Shown piece after piece: positions 22,645-35,621 of a stretch of DNA of 64,000 nt. The position numbers and the translations under genes were made by a program. The stretch is from an uncultured virus (IMG/VR IMGVR_UViG_2061766007_000557) (Duplodnaviria > Heunggongvirae > Uroviricota > Caudoviricetes): the IMG/VR virus record IMGVR_UViG_2061766007_000557; one strand, given 5' to 3'. Each line of letters starts with the position of its first letter. Positions within the stretch are counted from its first letter, which is position 1. Under the pieces are notes generated by a model. The model had not been told where the DNA came from and did no database searches. It saw nothing but the letters and a program-made list of their open reading frames with translations.

Positions 22645-25600
22645 AATAGAAATAAAAGGAAATAACATATATAAAGGAACTTTAAATAAAAAAGGGAGTA
22701 TGTGTAATACATACTCTCCTTTTAAAAATTTACAGGATATAAACTAGACTTTAGGAGATTTCGCTACTGAAAAATTAAATTTCGATCTTCAACATCCGGT
22801 AGATATTATTCCTCAAGATAGTTACGACGGATCTGTCAATTTAATATTAAACGACGGAAAAAATCAACCTAGATTAGTCAATAGCCGTTTTTCTGTAATT
22901 GATAATGGAGAATTTAAAATTCCGGATCATTCTGGATATAAAGATACTAATATCTATGATATTAATACATTCGATATTGATACTTCATTAAAAACAATTG
23001 CTAATAAGATTCCTCAAGTTGAATTTTATGAAATGACTCAATTTGCTGGTTCCCTTCCATGTGGCGCGTATACTTTTTATTTTAAATTATCTGATGCAGA
23101 TGGTAATGAATCAGAAGTATTAGCCGAGTCTGGGATAATTCAATTATTTATAGGAGGTTTGTCAGGTGGATCTGCTAATTCATATGTATCTTCTGATAAT
23201 ATTAGAATGGGCCTCGAAAATGAGAATACTGGAAAATCTATTACATTTAAATTAACTAATATAGATTCTGGATTCGATTATGTACACGTATTATATGCTA
23301 GAAGTTCATCTTCAAATGATCAAGCTTCTGTTGATACATATCATAAAATTATTTTCGATTACCCAATTATAGACGGAGAAGCAATTATAACTATCACAGG
23401 AAATGAACAAATCATAGGTATTTCGGCAGAAGAATTATATGTAAATTACGCAGATTTAGAATCTGTAAAAACTCAGACTGTTGTAAATAACGTCTTATTC
23501 TTTGGAAATACAGTTAAAAAAGAAAGAGACTGGGACGCTTTAAGAATAGCTTCATGGAAAATATTTCCAGGATGTGGTCAAGATACAAACGTTGGAACAA
23601 TTGATCATAATTATAATTTAACTGGAAATAACGGAGAGAAAAATAGTGGAGGATACTACAATCCATATAATGTGTATTATAGAGTAGGTTATTGGCCAGA
23701 TGAATTATATAGATTTGGAGTTGTTTATATATTTAATGATAACAGTTTAAGTCCAGTATTTAATATATGTGGTGCTGATTTAGGACTTTATTCGCCCAAT
23801 TACTCGGATGTTTTTAATTCAGAAAAAATATAGTATGAATCTGAGCAAGATGATTATTATTTTGACAAATCAAAAAGATTGAATTCTAGAGGGGTGGTTA
23901 AATTTCCTAAAAAGAGTCCATTTAAAATGACTCAAGGAATTCTAAAACCAAATCCTTTATATATTACTTTTGATTTATCGGTAATAGGAAAAGAAAAAAA
24001 AGACGATATTACAACTCCTTCTGAATTCTTTGAAAAACATGAAATAAAAGGATTATTCTTTGTTAGACAAAAAAGAATTCCTACTATATTATGTCAAGGA
24101 ATAAGTATTGGATTGACAAATAAAGATTTAGGAGCAATTCCAATTTTAAGGCAATCTGGAGTATATAAAAGTCAATCGTTTTTAGGAAATAATCAAATTA
24201 TCTAGAATGAAGGAACATTTAGAAGTACAAATTCAGAAAATGTTTCTATAAATGGATTATTAGTTCCAGATTCAGAACTAAGCGAATCAACTTTCAATCA
24301 ATTATTTGTATCTAATAAATATTCTTTAAATGATTATGGTTCTTTTAGTTTCTTAAGTGAATCTAATTCAAATGAAAAAGCTTGGATATTTAGTACCGCA
24401 GAACAAAATAATTATTTTAAAAGAAAATTAACAAATGTTCCTGAAGATACCAAGACATTAACTGATGGTGAAATGTATTTCTCGACTTTAGCTGGAAATC
24501 CCCATGAACCATATAAAACAATTGATATTTGTAATGTATGGAACGAAACAAAACCTCAAGATCTTACAAGAAGTAATAGTCTAATAAGAGGTAATTTTGG
24601 TTCTTTTGTTGGAGTTGGAGAAAAAGATAATTCTGAAAATTCTCAAGATTTAAGTTACGGACATCTTTATAATATTAAATTAGAAAATTATTTTGATAAC
24701 GAGGAATCTGCAACAGAATTAGATTTTCAAAAAAGATTTAATTCAGCAGAATCATATCACGCTATAAGTGATAGAATGCAAGTAGATTCTATTCAAAATA
24801 ATAAAGTTAGTTGTTATAGAGGAGATTGTTTCTAGTCATTATTTACTCATAGAATGTTTAGAAACTTTATTGATCCAGAACTTCCTACTAATGATAAAAT
24901 AATCAATCCTGCTTGTTGGGCTTAGAATTATGCTGTAAGATGTACCGCTATTCCTGATGAACAAGCAAATTATAATGTATATAAAGAAAACGAAGGATGG
25001 ATTATTCCTGAAGATAAATTACCTCCATATGCTAATGAAATAGCTCAAGCTTTTGAAATAAAAGAGAATAATACAGGAGACTATCACTGGGATGTTGACA
25101 AGCAAGAATGGTATATTGAAGATAACGGAAACAAAGTTTATCTTGGTAAAACAGCAACAATAGGAGGAACAAGTGCAGTTTCACAATTTATTACCGGAGA
25201 TAATATAAGAATAGTAAAACCTTCAGAACAAGAATCTGGAATAGGAGGAGTATTAAAAAATATTTTCAAATCTAGTCTTTGGGCTATCAGAGGATTAGCT
25301 TCAATTAACAGAGCTGATGTCAATGCTGTAGGCTTAGGACAATGGATTACATTCCCTATATGTTCTTCAAAAAATCTTGCTTTAAGAGATATAGATTATT
25401 CTAATGCTACCGAACAAGCTTCTTTTAATAGAAAAAGATCTTTCTATCCATTTAGCAAAATGGATGTACATAATCCATTAAGAGATTCAAATGTAATAAA
25501 TCAAGCAGCAAGTATATCACTTCCACATAAGCAATATTATGCTATGCCAAATGTTCCGTTTATCAAACAAGAATACTTTACAAGAATTATCAATTCTTTA

Positions 25601-27637
25601 AGAGATTCTGCTAGTTCTATTACTAACGAATTTAAAGTAATGCTTGAAAGTGCATATGTAGATTATACAAAAATATATGGAAGTATTACTAAATTAATGC
25701 CTTTAGGATCTAAGATATTAGTTGTATTTGAACACGGAATTGGTATTCTTGCTGTAAATGAATCAATGAGTCAAGCAGAAAATGCTTTGCAATTCCTTCC
25801 TGCAGAATTAAATATGGTTGTTTCACAAACATACGGTTCTATGTGGAAAGATTCTATAATTGAATCTCAAGGATATATTTATGGTGTAGATACTGTAGCT
25901 AAAGTTATTTGGAGAATAAGTGGAGAAGGAAAACTTGAATTAATCTCTGATAAAAAAGTAGAGAAATTCTTAATTGATAGTATCGATTTATCAGAATTTT
26001 CAAGAACTCCTTATATAGGGCACATTAATGTAAAAACTCATTATAACGCTTTTAAGCATGATGTATTGTTTACATATTATAATGATATTTTATATTAGTT
26101 TGATGCTAATTACCAAGGAGAAATAGATTCTGAAGGATATTTACTTGATTCTAATGGAAATAGAACTGAAATTAAAGGAACTAAAGTAACTGCTAAATAT
26201 AATGAATCTACCGGAGAAGTGAAGAACTATTATGATATTATTTCAGAAGGTGGATATTTTAAATGGGCTAAAGGCAAATCTTGGTCTTTATGTTTTAACG
26301 AGCAATTGGGAATCTTTACTACTTTCTATGATTGGATTCCTATTGAATCTGAAAACATTGATAATATTTGGTTTAGTTTTGACAGAGAAGCTGTTAATAA
26401 TTTAGTAGATAATACTTTAAAATCTAATATTATAAAAGCATCTGGACAAATAAGAGATGACTAGTATTCTAAGAATCTAATAGATTCTGCATTTAATAAT
26501 ACTTGTTCTATTGTATACACTCCTATAACATTTGAAATAGATGGTGGTAAATTATCAAGAACTAAAACGAATGTTATTGGATTCTATGTAAATACAGATA
26601 AAAGTAATTATGAAATTAGTGTAAATAACTCAGATTCAATTTTATCTATTCCTGAAGGAAATGGATGGAAATTAGTTGTTTTAAAAATAACTTCTGGTGT
26701 TATTTTAGGGCATTATACAATTTCTGTAAGCGGAAATAATAGAGGAATGGTGTCCGATGCTATATTAAAAACAATAGATCGAGAAAAAACTAAACCGATA
26801 GATTGCAAATATTACGATTCTTCTAATTGGGATGATTTTTATTATATAAGAGATACAGAACTGGGTATTAGACTTTGGAAACACGGATTTGCTGGTATTT
26901 ACGATAATGAAAGATCTTTACAGCCAACTCATTGGTATGGAAAACAACATGAATTTAATTTTGAATTTATTGCCAGAAAAGATGCCATCCATAAAGTATT
27001 TAATAACTTATAGATAATATCTAATAAAGCAGAACCTTATAAATTTGAATTCGAAGTTGTTGGAGAAGCATATGAATGGCACAAATATAAATCTGTTCTT
27101 AAACAAATTGCTGATAAAGTAACTGTTGCTACTGATAATCCTAATTATCAAATATTACTTGATCAAGCATTCAAAGATGTTCTTAATTCAGGTAAATATA
27201 AAAAACTTCCATATCTTACAGTTACAGATGCTTGTATTCCTACATTAGATCCACAAATTATTGGAAATAAAAAACCAGTAAATAAAGATCATTCTGATAA
27301 TACAGTTGATTGTTGTCTTGTATACGATAAACAATTAAATGAATTTAGAGTACATACAGAACAACTTGGTAATGATATGTGGAAGTATGGCAGATTAAGA
27401 GGTAATATGCAATATCTTGAAGATTTATGGAGAGTTGAAATAAGACCAGTATCTTTTAAATGGGTTTATTTAGATTCTGATGCTCATTTAGACGGCCATG
27501 TTGAAGGAATTAACTTTAGTCGTATTCAAGAAACTCGTCATAGAGATAAATATATAAAGATAAAGGTTAGATATTCTGGTGAAGATTTAGCTGTAATCCA
27601 AGCAATTAATACACTGTTTGATTATAGTTATGCTTAA
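22637..27637 (+). CDS. Large tail stabilisation/muzzle-like protein (~1666 aa)
   Basis: Seven track fragments in one frame, separated only by TAG; SYDGSVNLILNDG, GYWPDELYRFG, RDKYIKIKVRYSG. Confidence 0.8.
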
Positions 27638-27639
27638 TA

Positions 27640-27665
27640 AAAGAGGGTCTTCGGGCCCTCTTATA
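27640..27665 (+). terminator. Terminator-like hairpin with UUCG loop
   Basis: AAGAGGGTC-ttcg-GGCCCTCTT; weak T tail. Confidence 0.6.
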
Positions 27666-27678
27666 AATCTTATTTTAT

Positions 27679-28599
27679 ATGGATAAATTAGAAAGATTAA
27701 AGAAATATGCAAACGGTGGAAAAGTTGCTAAATTTCAAAATCCAGCAGGTCCTTTAATTCCAGACTGGTTAGAAGATGTTACAAATAGTGGATTAGAAGC
27801 TGCACAATTAAATCAAGAAAGAAAAATTGCAAATTTAGCTCGTAGAAATTATGATGCTTTAAAAATAGTGTCAGGAACTGATTCGTATTTAGCATCTGAA
27901 CAAATGATAGCAGAACCTCAACAAATAGGATTGACTACAACAAAATTGACACCTTCGGTTAATTTACAATGGAATAATAATAAAAATCAAGCTGAAGGAA
28001 ATGTTGAAATACAAGAAGAAGAATATACACCTGGTATAAAAGAAAATCAATAGAAAAAAGAATTACTAGATGTAAAAGGAAATGCTGGTTGGAAACCTAC
28101 TACACAAGATGCTCAAATGATGGGAGGAGCCGCTGTTGCTGCTATTAATATGGTCGATGGATCTGTGATGGGAGATAAGAATTTTTCAGCAGGCTCAAAA
28201 GCAATCGATACAGGTGTTCATATAGCTTCAGGAGCAATGATTAAATCAGGAAATCCGTGGGCTATTGGAGCTGCAGTAGCACTAGAAGGATTAAATTTTG
28301 CTACTAAAGCCGGAGGTAAAAATGTACCTGGATATAATGTAAATATTGATAATTCTGGTTACGGTAACTTAGGGCATCAAGATTCTGAAGCAGGAAGAGT
28401 ATGGGATAACTGGTCAGGAGCAATAAATAGAAAACTTGCTAGACGCAATGAACAAGCAAGAATGGCGTTAGCTGCAGCAGATATATCAGAAGATCAAAGA
28501 TTTGAACAAGAAGCAAGAGCTAATTCTGTTACAAATGTACTTGAACAAAACAAAATAGCTTTGGCTGGTGGTATTGATACAAGTTTATTAGGTAGTTAA
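27679..28599 (+). CDS. Putative virion cargo/ejection protein (306 aa)
   Basis: Track ORFs 27679 and 28117 joined by one TAG; Gly/Ala-rich hydrophobic segments. Confidence 0.7.
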
Positions 28600-28601
28600 T
28601 T

Positions 28602-29048
28602 ATGAATAAATTGGAAAGACTTAAAGCATTTGTTCCAAAACATCAAAATGGGGCAAAATTGAAAAAGGTAGAAATTTCTGAAGAATCTAATGTAATTCCA
28701 GAAGGTAACTACCATAAAAATAAACATCATCTTGATCTAGATAATGTTACAGAAAAAGGTATTCCTGTTGTTACTGTAAAAGACGATTCTGTCGATACAT
28801 TTACTGAAATTAAACAGCAAGAAGATTCATTACAACAACATGCTGAAATTGAAAGGGCAGAAGTTATTTTTGTAAAAGAACTTACTGATTTTATTGAAGA
28901 AAAACGCAAAGAATGGCATTCTGATGAAAAGAATGATAATTTACTTATAGAAGTTGGTAAAAGACTTACAAAAGAACTTCTAATGAATACAGAAGATAAT
29001 GTAGATTTAATACAAAAAATTGAGGAGCATGAATAGAACAGTAATTGA
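28602..29048 (+). CDS. Hypothetical virion protein (148 aa)
   Basis: NVIPEG...KGIPV...QHAEIE; TAG near the end, then TGA 29046-29048. Confidence 0.7.
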
Positions 29049-29649
29049 AATTGGAGGAAAACAATATAAAGTACTTATTGCTGAAACAGAAGAAGAAAAA
29101 GTTACTGGTCTGAGTAAAACAAAAGAACTTCCTGAAGACGAAGGAATGTTATTTGTTTACGAAGAACCTCAAGAAGAATTGTATTATACAATGCAAGATA
29201 CAGAAATTCCACTCGATATCATCTTTTTAGATGCAGAAGGTGTAGTAATTTCTGTAAATTCTGTAGAAGCTTTAGAACAAGAGCCAGTATATGAAGAAGA
29301 TGCTCAGTATGTACTTGAAGTAAATATTCATTCTGGAATACAAGAAGGCGATGAAATGGAAGAAATTGATTCTGACGAAGAAGATGATTCTGAACTGACA
29401 GATGATGAAAAGAAAAGAGTTTCTAATAGTAGAATGCTTGTATTAGATTCAGAAGGAAATGTACAAATGAAATTGCAAGGAGGAGAAAGAATAGTTTCTA
29501 TGATTGAAACCAGACGTCTTGTAAAAGCAGCATTAAAAGCGTATCATTCTGATAATGATGCAGATTATAAGAAGGTTGGGCGTTTAATCTTTAAAATACT
29601 AGATGGATAGGATTCTAGAGATCCACAATACGTTTCAATGCCGGATTAA
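29029..29649 (+). CDS. DUF192-domain protein with C-terminal extension (206 aa)
   Basis: AETEEEKVTGL...EGMLFVY...MQDTEIPLDIIFLD...YVLEVN. Confidence 0.8.
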
Positions 29650-29680
29650 CTCGATAATTAATAAAAAACATATAATAGTT

Positions 29681-29714
29681 TTTTATATTATAAATTATTT
29701 GTATTTTTGTATGA
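29681..29714 (+). promoter_or_regulatory. Putative promoter TTTTATAT-N13-TATTTTTG
   Basis: Same boxes and spacing as 9681-9714; intergenic, upstream of the cargo/giant-gene operon. Confidence 0.55.
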
Positions 29715-29763
29715 TAAATGAAATAATAGGCAATAATTAATTAATAATTAAATATATATATTT

Positions 29764-30012
29764 ATGAAATTTGTTGAAAAGTATCAAGAAGGTGGAATGG
29801 CACCAGCACCACAGCAAGGTGGTGAAGATCAGATGATGGCTCAAATTGGACAACTTGCTCAGCAATTAATTCAGCAACTTGGTCCTGATGCAGCCGCTAT
29901 GTTAGCACAGGCTATTATGGAAATGTTACAAGGAGCAGCTCAACAGGAAGTTCCTGCAGAAGAGCAGCCGGCTTTCCAACGTAATGGTGGTCGTTTGACT
30001 AGAATTCGCTAA
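29764..30012 (+). CDS. Small Gln/Ala-rich protein (82 aa)
   Basis: Intact ORF with many Gln codons and no TAG; KYQEGG at the N-terminus and RNGG at the C-terminus. Confidence 0.75.
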   Translation: MKFVEKYQEGGMAPAPQQGGEDQMMAQIGQLAQQLIQQLGPDAAAMLAQAIMEMLQGAAQQEVPAEEQPAFQRNGGRLTRIR

Positions 30013-30030
30013 TCGCGCTGATCGCGTATA

Positions 30031-30063
30031 AGGGGAGGCGCTCAGTCTCCCCATTATTGTTTA
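30031..30063 (+). terminator. Possible terminator hairpin
   Basis: GGGGAGGC-gctca-GTCTCCCC followed by a T-rich tail. Confidence 0.5.
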
Positions 30064-30089
30064 TGTATATTTATTAATGAATTTATAAT

Positions 30090-32045
30090 ATGAGTCAAAT
30101 ATTAAAATTATCAGACGGTAACTAGGTTAAAAATAAGAAAAATCAAGATTTAGATCAAATTGCCGCTAATAGATAGAAAATACAACAAGCATATGATTCT
30201 GGTCAATTAACAGCTGATCAAAAAGCACAACTTGATATGATTTCGTATAATGCGCAATCATATCTTCAAGCAGATCCATTACATAATAGAAATGCTAGAA
30301 AATTTCAGTTAGAACTTACAAATAGAATGGCTGATATTGTTGACGGAAAGCAAGGATACAATCCATATTCTACAGAAGTTGCTGATAAAGATTGGTTTGG
30401 TAATTATAAAGACCATGAAATGGGATTAATTGCTAACGAATTAATTAGATAGACTTTACAAGGGCAATCTGGTTCTAGTTCATCAACGTCATCTTCTCAA
30501 ATCTCATCTCAGCCTACTTCTACAGAAAATATGCATCATACATATGATTGGCTTGGAGGAACTAATTTAGATTTACTTCCTGCAAATGCTACTGTTAAAG
30601 ATAAAGTTAAAGCTGTTATTGCTGGATTAAATAAAGGTATTAATGATGCTGAAACTGCACATGCTGCTGGTAAAAGAGTTCATGGTTTTGATCCAACCAA
30701 ATTTGAATCTGCAAAAGCAAGACTTGCTGGTTTATCGATTACTGATGAAGACGATGATGACGCAGCATTTAACAAGCTAATAGGTGTTGTACAAGATGGA
30801 ACTTTTGCTATTCCTGCTGATACATTTAAATCGTTATTTAGTAAGTATTATGGAGGATCCGATGCAGCACTTGGCGCTTCTGCGGTAGCTACGGCAGCTA
30901 AAGCAAAAGGTTATACACAAGCAGATGATTATTTAAGTTATTTATCCGAATCGCAACTTGCATCAAAGTTAGGAGATGCAAAAATATATTCCAAAGATGG
31001 AGCTTATTATATTTTAGATGCAAATCAAAATCCTTTCTTAACAGGGCATGTTGAAATAAATACAGAACGGAATACTGGAATTTATGTAGACGATAACGGT
31101 CAAATACATACTATTAACGATGTAACTGATACATCTAATATTGCTGCAAACATATTGCAAAAAATTCAGCCTGAAATAGAAAATATTAGAAATAAATACA
31201 AACAATATGATGAGATTACATATGATATTACAAACCAAATATCAAACGATCCATTATTAAAATATGTAAAAAATCAGTTAGGTCAAAACTTTACAGCTTA
31301 TGATGTTTCTAATATGTTCTTCGGAAATGAAAAAGTATTAGCCGTTTCTGCTTCTGGAAAACCAATTGAAAAAGATTATTATGGTCGTTTAAAATATCCA
31401 GAAGATGTTCGTTTCTATGTGTTAGGAGAAGATGGAAAATTAAAACAATTTTCTGGCAGAGATTATGCCAATATTGAAGAATTAGGACAATATAACGCAG
31501 AAGGCTGGAACGAAGGAGCTATAAGACAAATTGGCGGATTAGAAGAATTGGATTGGAGTAATGTTCCTGATATATCATATAAATCTGGATATACAGAAAA
31601 GCCGTCTTTATTTTCAGGAAGACAATATGAGCAAATGTATAAGTTGAAAGGTATTCAGTCAAAAGATAATCCTACTGTACAATCACAAGATCCTGTAAAG
31701 TATGTATCAGATTTATTAAAAGACATTAACGCTTACAATCCTAATGATATTGATAGTAATATTGCTTTAAGAAATAAAGAGTGGAAAACAAATAAAAAAG
31801 AAGTTGCGAAGAAATTTTTATCTATAATTAGATATTATCGCGAACATCCTAATACAGAAATTGCTAGGCAAATAAATACAATTCTCAAAAATCCAGAATA
31901 TCAAGAAGCTTTACATCAAATTTTGTCAGAAATTAAAAAAGTTCCTCAATCTAAAGATGGTGGTAAGATAGAAAAACCAGTACATAAAATAAATCCAGAT
32001 ACTTTTTCAAAATTATCTGCATTAAAACAATATAAAAAGAAATAA
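30090..32045 (+). CDS. Putative cargo/ejection protein (651 aa)
   Basis: ATG 30090 is in frame with track ORFs 30237 and 30531. Confidence 0.7.
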
Positions 32046-32046
32046 T

Positions 32047-33780
32047 ATGAAAGTAAGAGAACCACAATGGTTATAGTCTGGAGGATCTATTCCAAAATTT
32101 CAATAGCCTGCTAGTCCAATATGGAGACATTATTTATTCGATGAAGCGAAAAATGATTATGATCGATATGTAACGACTCCTGATTTGTGGGATAAAACAC
32201 ACGATGTTGATAGAATTTTTAATGATGTTACAGCCATTGAAGGTTTTGCTACAAATTGGGATCCTGAAACATTAAATTCATTAAATTCTGTAAATAAGGA
32301 AAGAACTCTAAATAAAACAGGATATAACGGATGGAATACGTCATTTGATAAATTAGGATTAAATCGATATTTTGGAAGAGAAGTAGATAAGTTTAATTAT
32401 ATGGGTCCTACTACATGGAGCAGAATCGCTTTTATAGATAAATTAAAAGGAAAATATAATTCAAAAGATAATACTTTAAAAACAAAATCTGGAGATTATT
32501 ATTTTGATGCTACACAAAATAAATGGATTCCGACTACTGATTCAAGAACGGTTGATCCGACACGTTTAAATTTTGGTAATCAAGAAGGTCCTCAAAAACA
32601 AAAATTAAATTGGTCCGACTGGGTTCCATTGACAATGATGCTTGCTGGTGATTCAATAACAAATAGTTATGTTAACCAACAGCAAAAGAAAATGAAGTTT
32701 CCACTTAGAGAAGCTCCTTATTTACAGCATAGAACTACCGGTAATTATTTAGCAGAAACTCAATTAAATCAAGCTGCGCAAGAAGCAAGATAGGCTGCTG
32801 GGCAGCATTTAACTTCTGATATAAATTAGAATCTTAGAATTCGTGAGCAAGCAGAAAAGCAAGCTGGTGAATATGAAAAGCAAGCAGCTCAATTAAAAGC
32901 TAACACTTTTGCAAGAGAATCTCAACTCGCAGAAGAAACTAGAAATAAGAATATTTTATCTGGAGTTGAAACTGCTAATTATAACACATAGCAAAATGCT
33001 GCTGCTTGGAATAATATATTAAACGCTAATCAACAACAAGCTTCTAAAAATTTACAATCAATAAATAGTTATATTGGAAATATGTATGAATCGTTAGGAG
33101 AAACTATAAAAACTAAACGTCTTAACGAACAAGGTTATCAAAAAGCATATAATCAATATTTGGCTAACAAAAAATCTCAGAAGGCTCGTGAAGCATATAC
33201 TGCAGCTACTTCTGATATTACAAAATGGAGTAATCTTGAGGGAGCTTTAGAAGCATTCTTGTCTGAAGATAATAATACATATAGACTTGATAATAGCGGT
33301 TGGCAAGCAACAGGTGCTGCACAAATACAAGCAGGCTTAAATGATGCACAAAAACGTCAATTCATAAATTGGTTAACAAATGGCACATCTGCCGGAGCTC
33401 AATTACAGCGTACTAATTGGCAAAGATACCAAGATCAACTTAAATCTAATTGGTATGACGAAGGACAAGAAATTTAGAATTGGCTTGCTGAACAAAATTT
33501 GAAAGTTCCTAACTTTGTTACTGATCAATGGAATATTGATTGGAAATTGCCTTCGAATCAAGTATCTCCTTTATGGACTCCTAAAAAGAAAATCGGAGGA
33601 ACAATTATTGCAAGAAACGGCTCCAAATTATCTGAGTTTACAAGACAATATTCTAGAGAACTTCAACATGTTCGAAGAAGTCAAGATGAAAGAAATAAAA
33701 ATTCTTTAAAACATCTTGATAAACAATTAGAAAGATTAAATAAAGAGCAAATACTTTTATTAAGATCCGCATTTAAATGA
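32047..33780 (+). CDS. Putative cargo/ejection protein (577 aa)
   Basis: Joins track ORFs 32185, 33082 and 33499; Gln/Ala-rich coiled coil. Confidence 0.7.
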
Positions 33781-35621
33781 AATATCGCGAAATAAGTAAA
33801 TTATAGTCTGGAGGAGGGGTATTTTTTTCAGCAGTAGCAAACCCCTTCTCCAGTGCTGCTCAACAAGATATGCAAAGTTCAAGTAGCAGTTCTTCAAAAT
33901 CATCTGATAAAATATTATCAGATTCTATTATGAACAAATTAAATGATGAAGCATTGCCGAATGATTTTCGTAAATTTATGGCAATGGTTACTGATTTTGA
34001 ACAAGAGCAAGCTATGGGATTTGGTGTCGATAGAAGAAAATTGTATGACATTAGAACATATGCAAATCAAATTATTCAGCAATCTAAGTATTTAAAACAA
34101 GCTGAAGAAGAAGCAGTAAAGAATGGAGCATGGGACGAATTCGCGGTAGATTCGCGAGGCTTCTTATACGTCTCAGACGAAAATGGTCAAATATCAAAAA
34201 TTGCTCCAAATAAATTTGATCCAGAAAAGCAGATGGCTTTAACTGTTGGCCAATTATTACAACAAAGAAAAGAAAATGATTCCTTGGTAGATCGATCTGA
34301 TATAGCAACTACTGTAGGTAATAATATAGGAATAGAAAAAATTAATGATTATATTCTGGATATAATCAAAGCAGTTGGTTCAAATGAAACTGCTTCTGAA
34401 GCATATACTGATCTTGCAAGTATTGTAGGGCAAGCAAATGCTAAACGCCCTAATAATGTTCAATTATAGGCAATACAAGGAATTGCTAATGAATTAGACA
34501 AACTTGGAGGTGATGCTATATTTAAACAAAAAGAATTAATGTCTTCTAAAAATGTATAGGAGGCACTTGCTTATATAATGAGTGTTCTTCCTCAAAATAT
34601 GAAAAACCAATTAATGGGAAGATACGTAGCAAATGGAGGAAGATATGAAGATGTTTCACAACATACTTCAGCGCTTATATTAAATGCTATAAATGCAGGA
34701 AATGATAAGAAATATCACTATAGTATAGATTACAATACTAGTATAAATAAAGCTGCTGGTAATTCGCCTGATGATACAAAACAACGTCCGCAAGGTGTTG
34801 TAGAAATGTTTTTTAATCAGAATTTAAATAGAGGACAAATAGAAATTAGTAATCCTAATTATAGAAATGGTTATACAATATCTGTGTAGGGATCAGTTAT
34901 TCCATCATTATCATTAGATAGCGATAAAGGTATTGATACTATGCCATTATATTTAGCTTTAGATCATAATGGAAATGGAATGGGTAAATATCTTGATCAT
35001 AATAAAGTATGGATGGGATATGATAAAGCAAATTATTTCGATTTGTCTAAAGTATTATATACAGGAAATCAAGTTGCTAATGTATGGTTACCTGTTAATG
35101 ATAATGGAGATATTGACTGGCAATCGTTTGATGCGTTTTGTGAAGCAGAAGATAATATAAAAAGATTAGGAATTACAGATCCTGCTATGAAAACAAAAGA
35201 ACATAGAAAAGCAGGATCGCCTGTAGAATATAATTCTGACGGTGAAATAAGTAAAAATAAAAACGTAGCCCAATTTATGATGGTGCACGGATATACGGCA
35301 GATAAATATATAACGTCTGATAATTTATTATATAGAGAACTTGATAATAAAGAAGAAGATCAACTTGATGATATAATAAGTCAAATTAATGATAAATATG
35401 ATTCTGATATCGAAACAAGTGGATTGTTTACTGATCTTGTTCAATTACCTATATTTATAAAAATACAAGACAACGCTGGATTAAATGCTGCTTATTATGC
35501 ACATCAAGGAAGTATGGTAGATAAGAAAACATTGCAAGATGATCAGATCTGGCAAATGACACAACAATCTCCTACTACTAATATATATAGTAGTGGAGAT
35601 ATATTATATAATGTTGAGTAA
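33777..35621 (+). CDS. Putative cargo protein (614 aa)
   Basis: ATGA overlap with the upstream gene; joins track ORFs 33870, 34578 and 34941. Confidence 0.7.
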
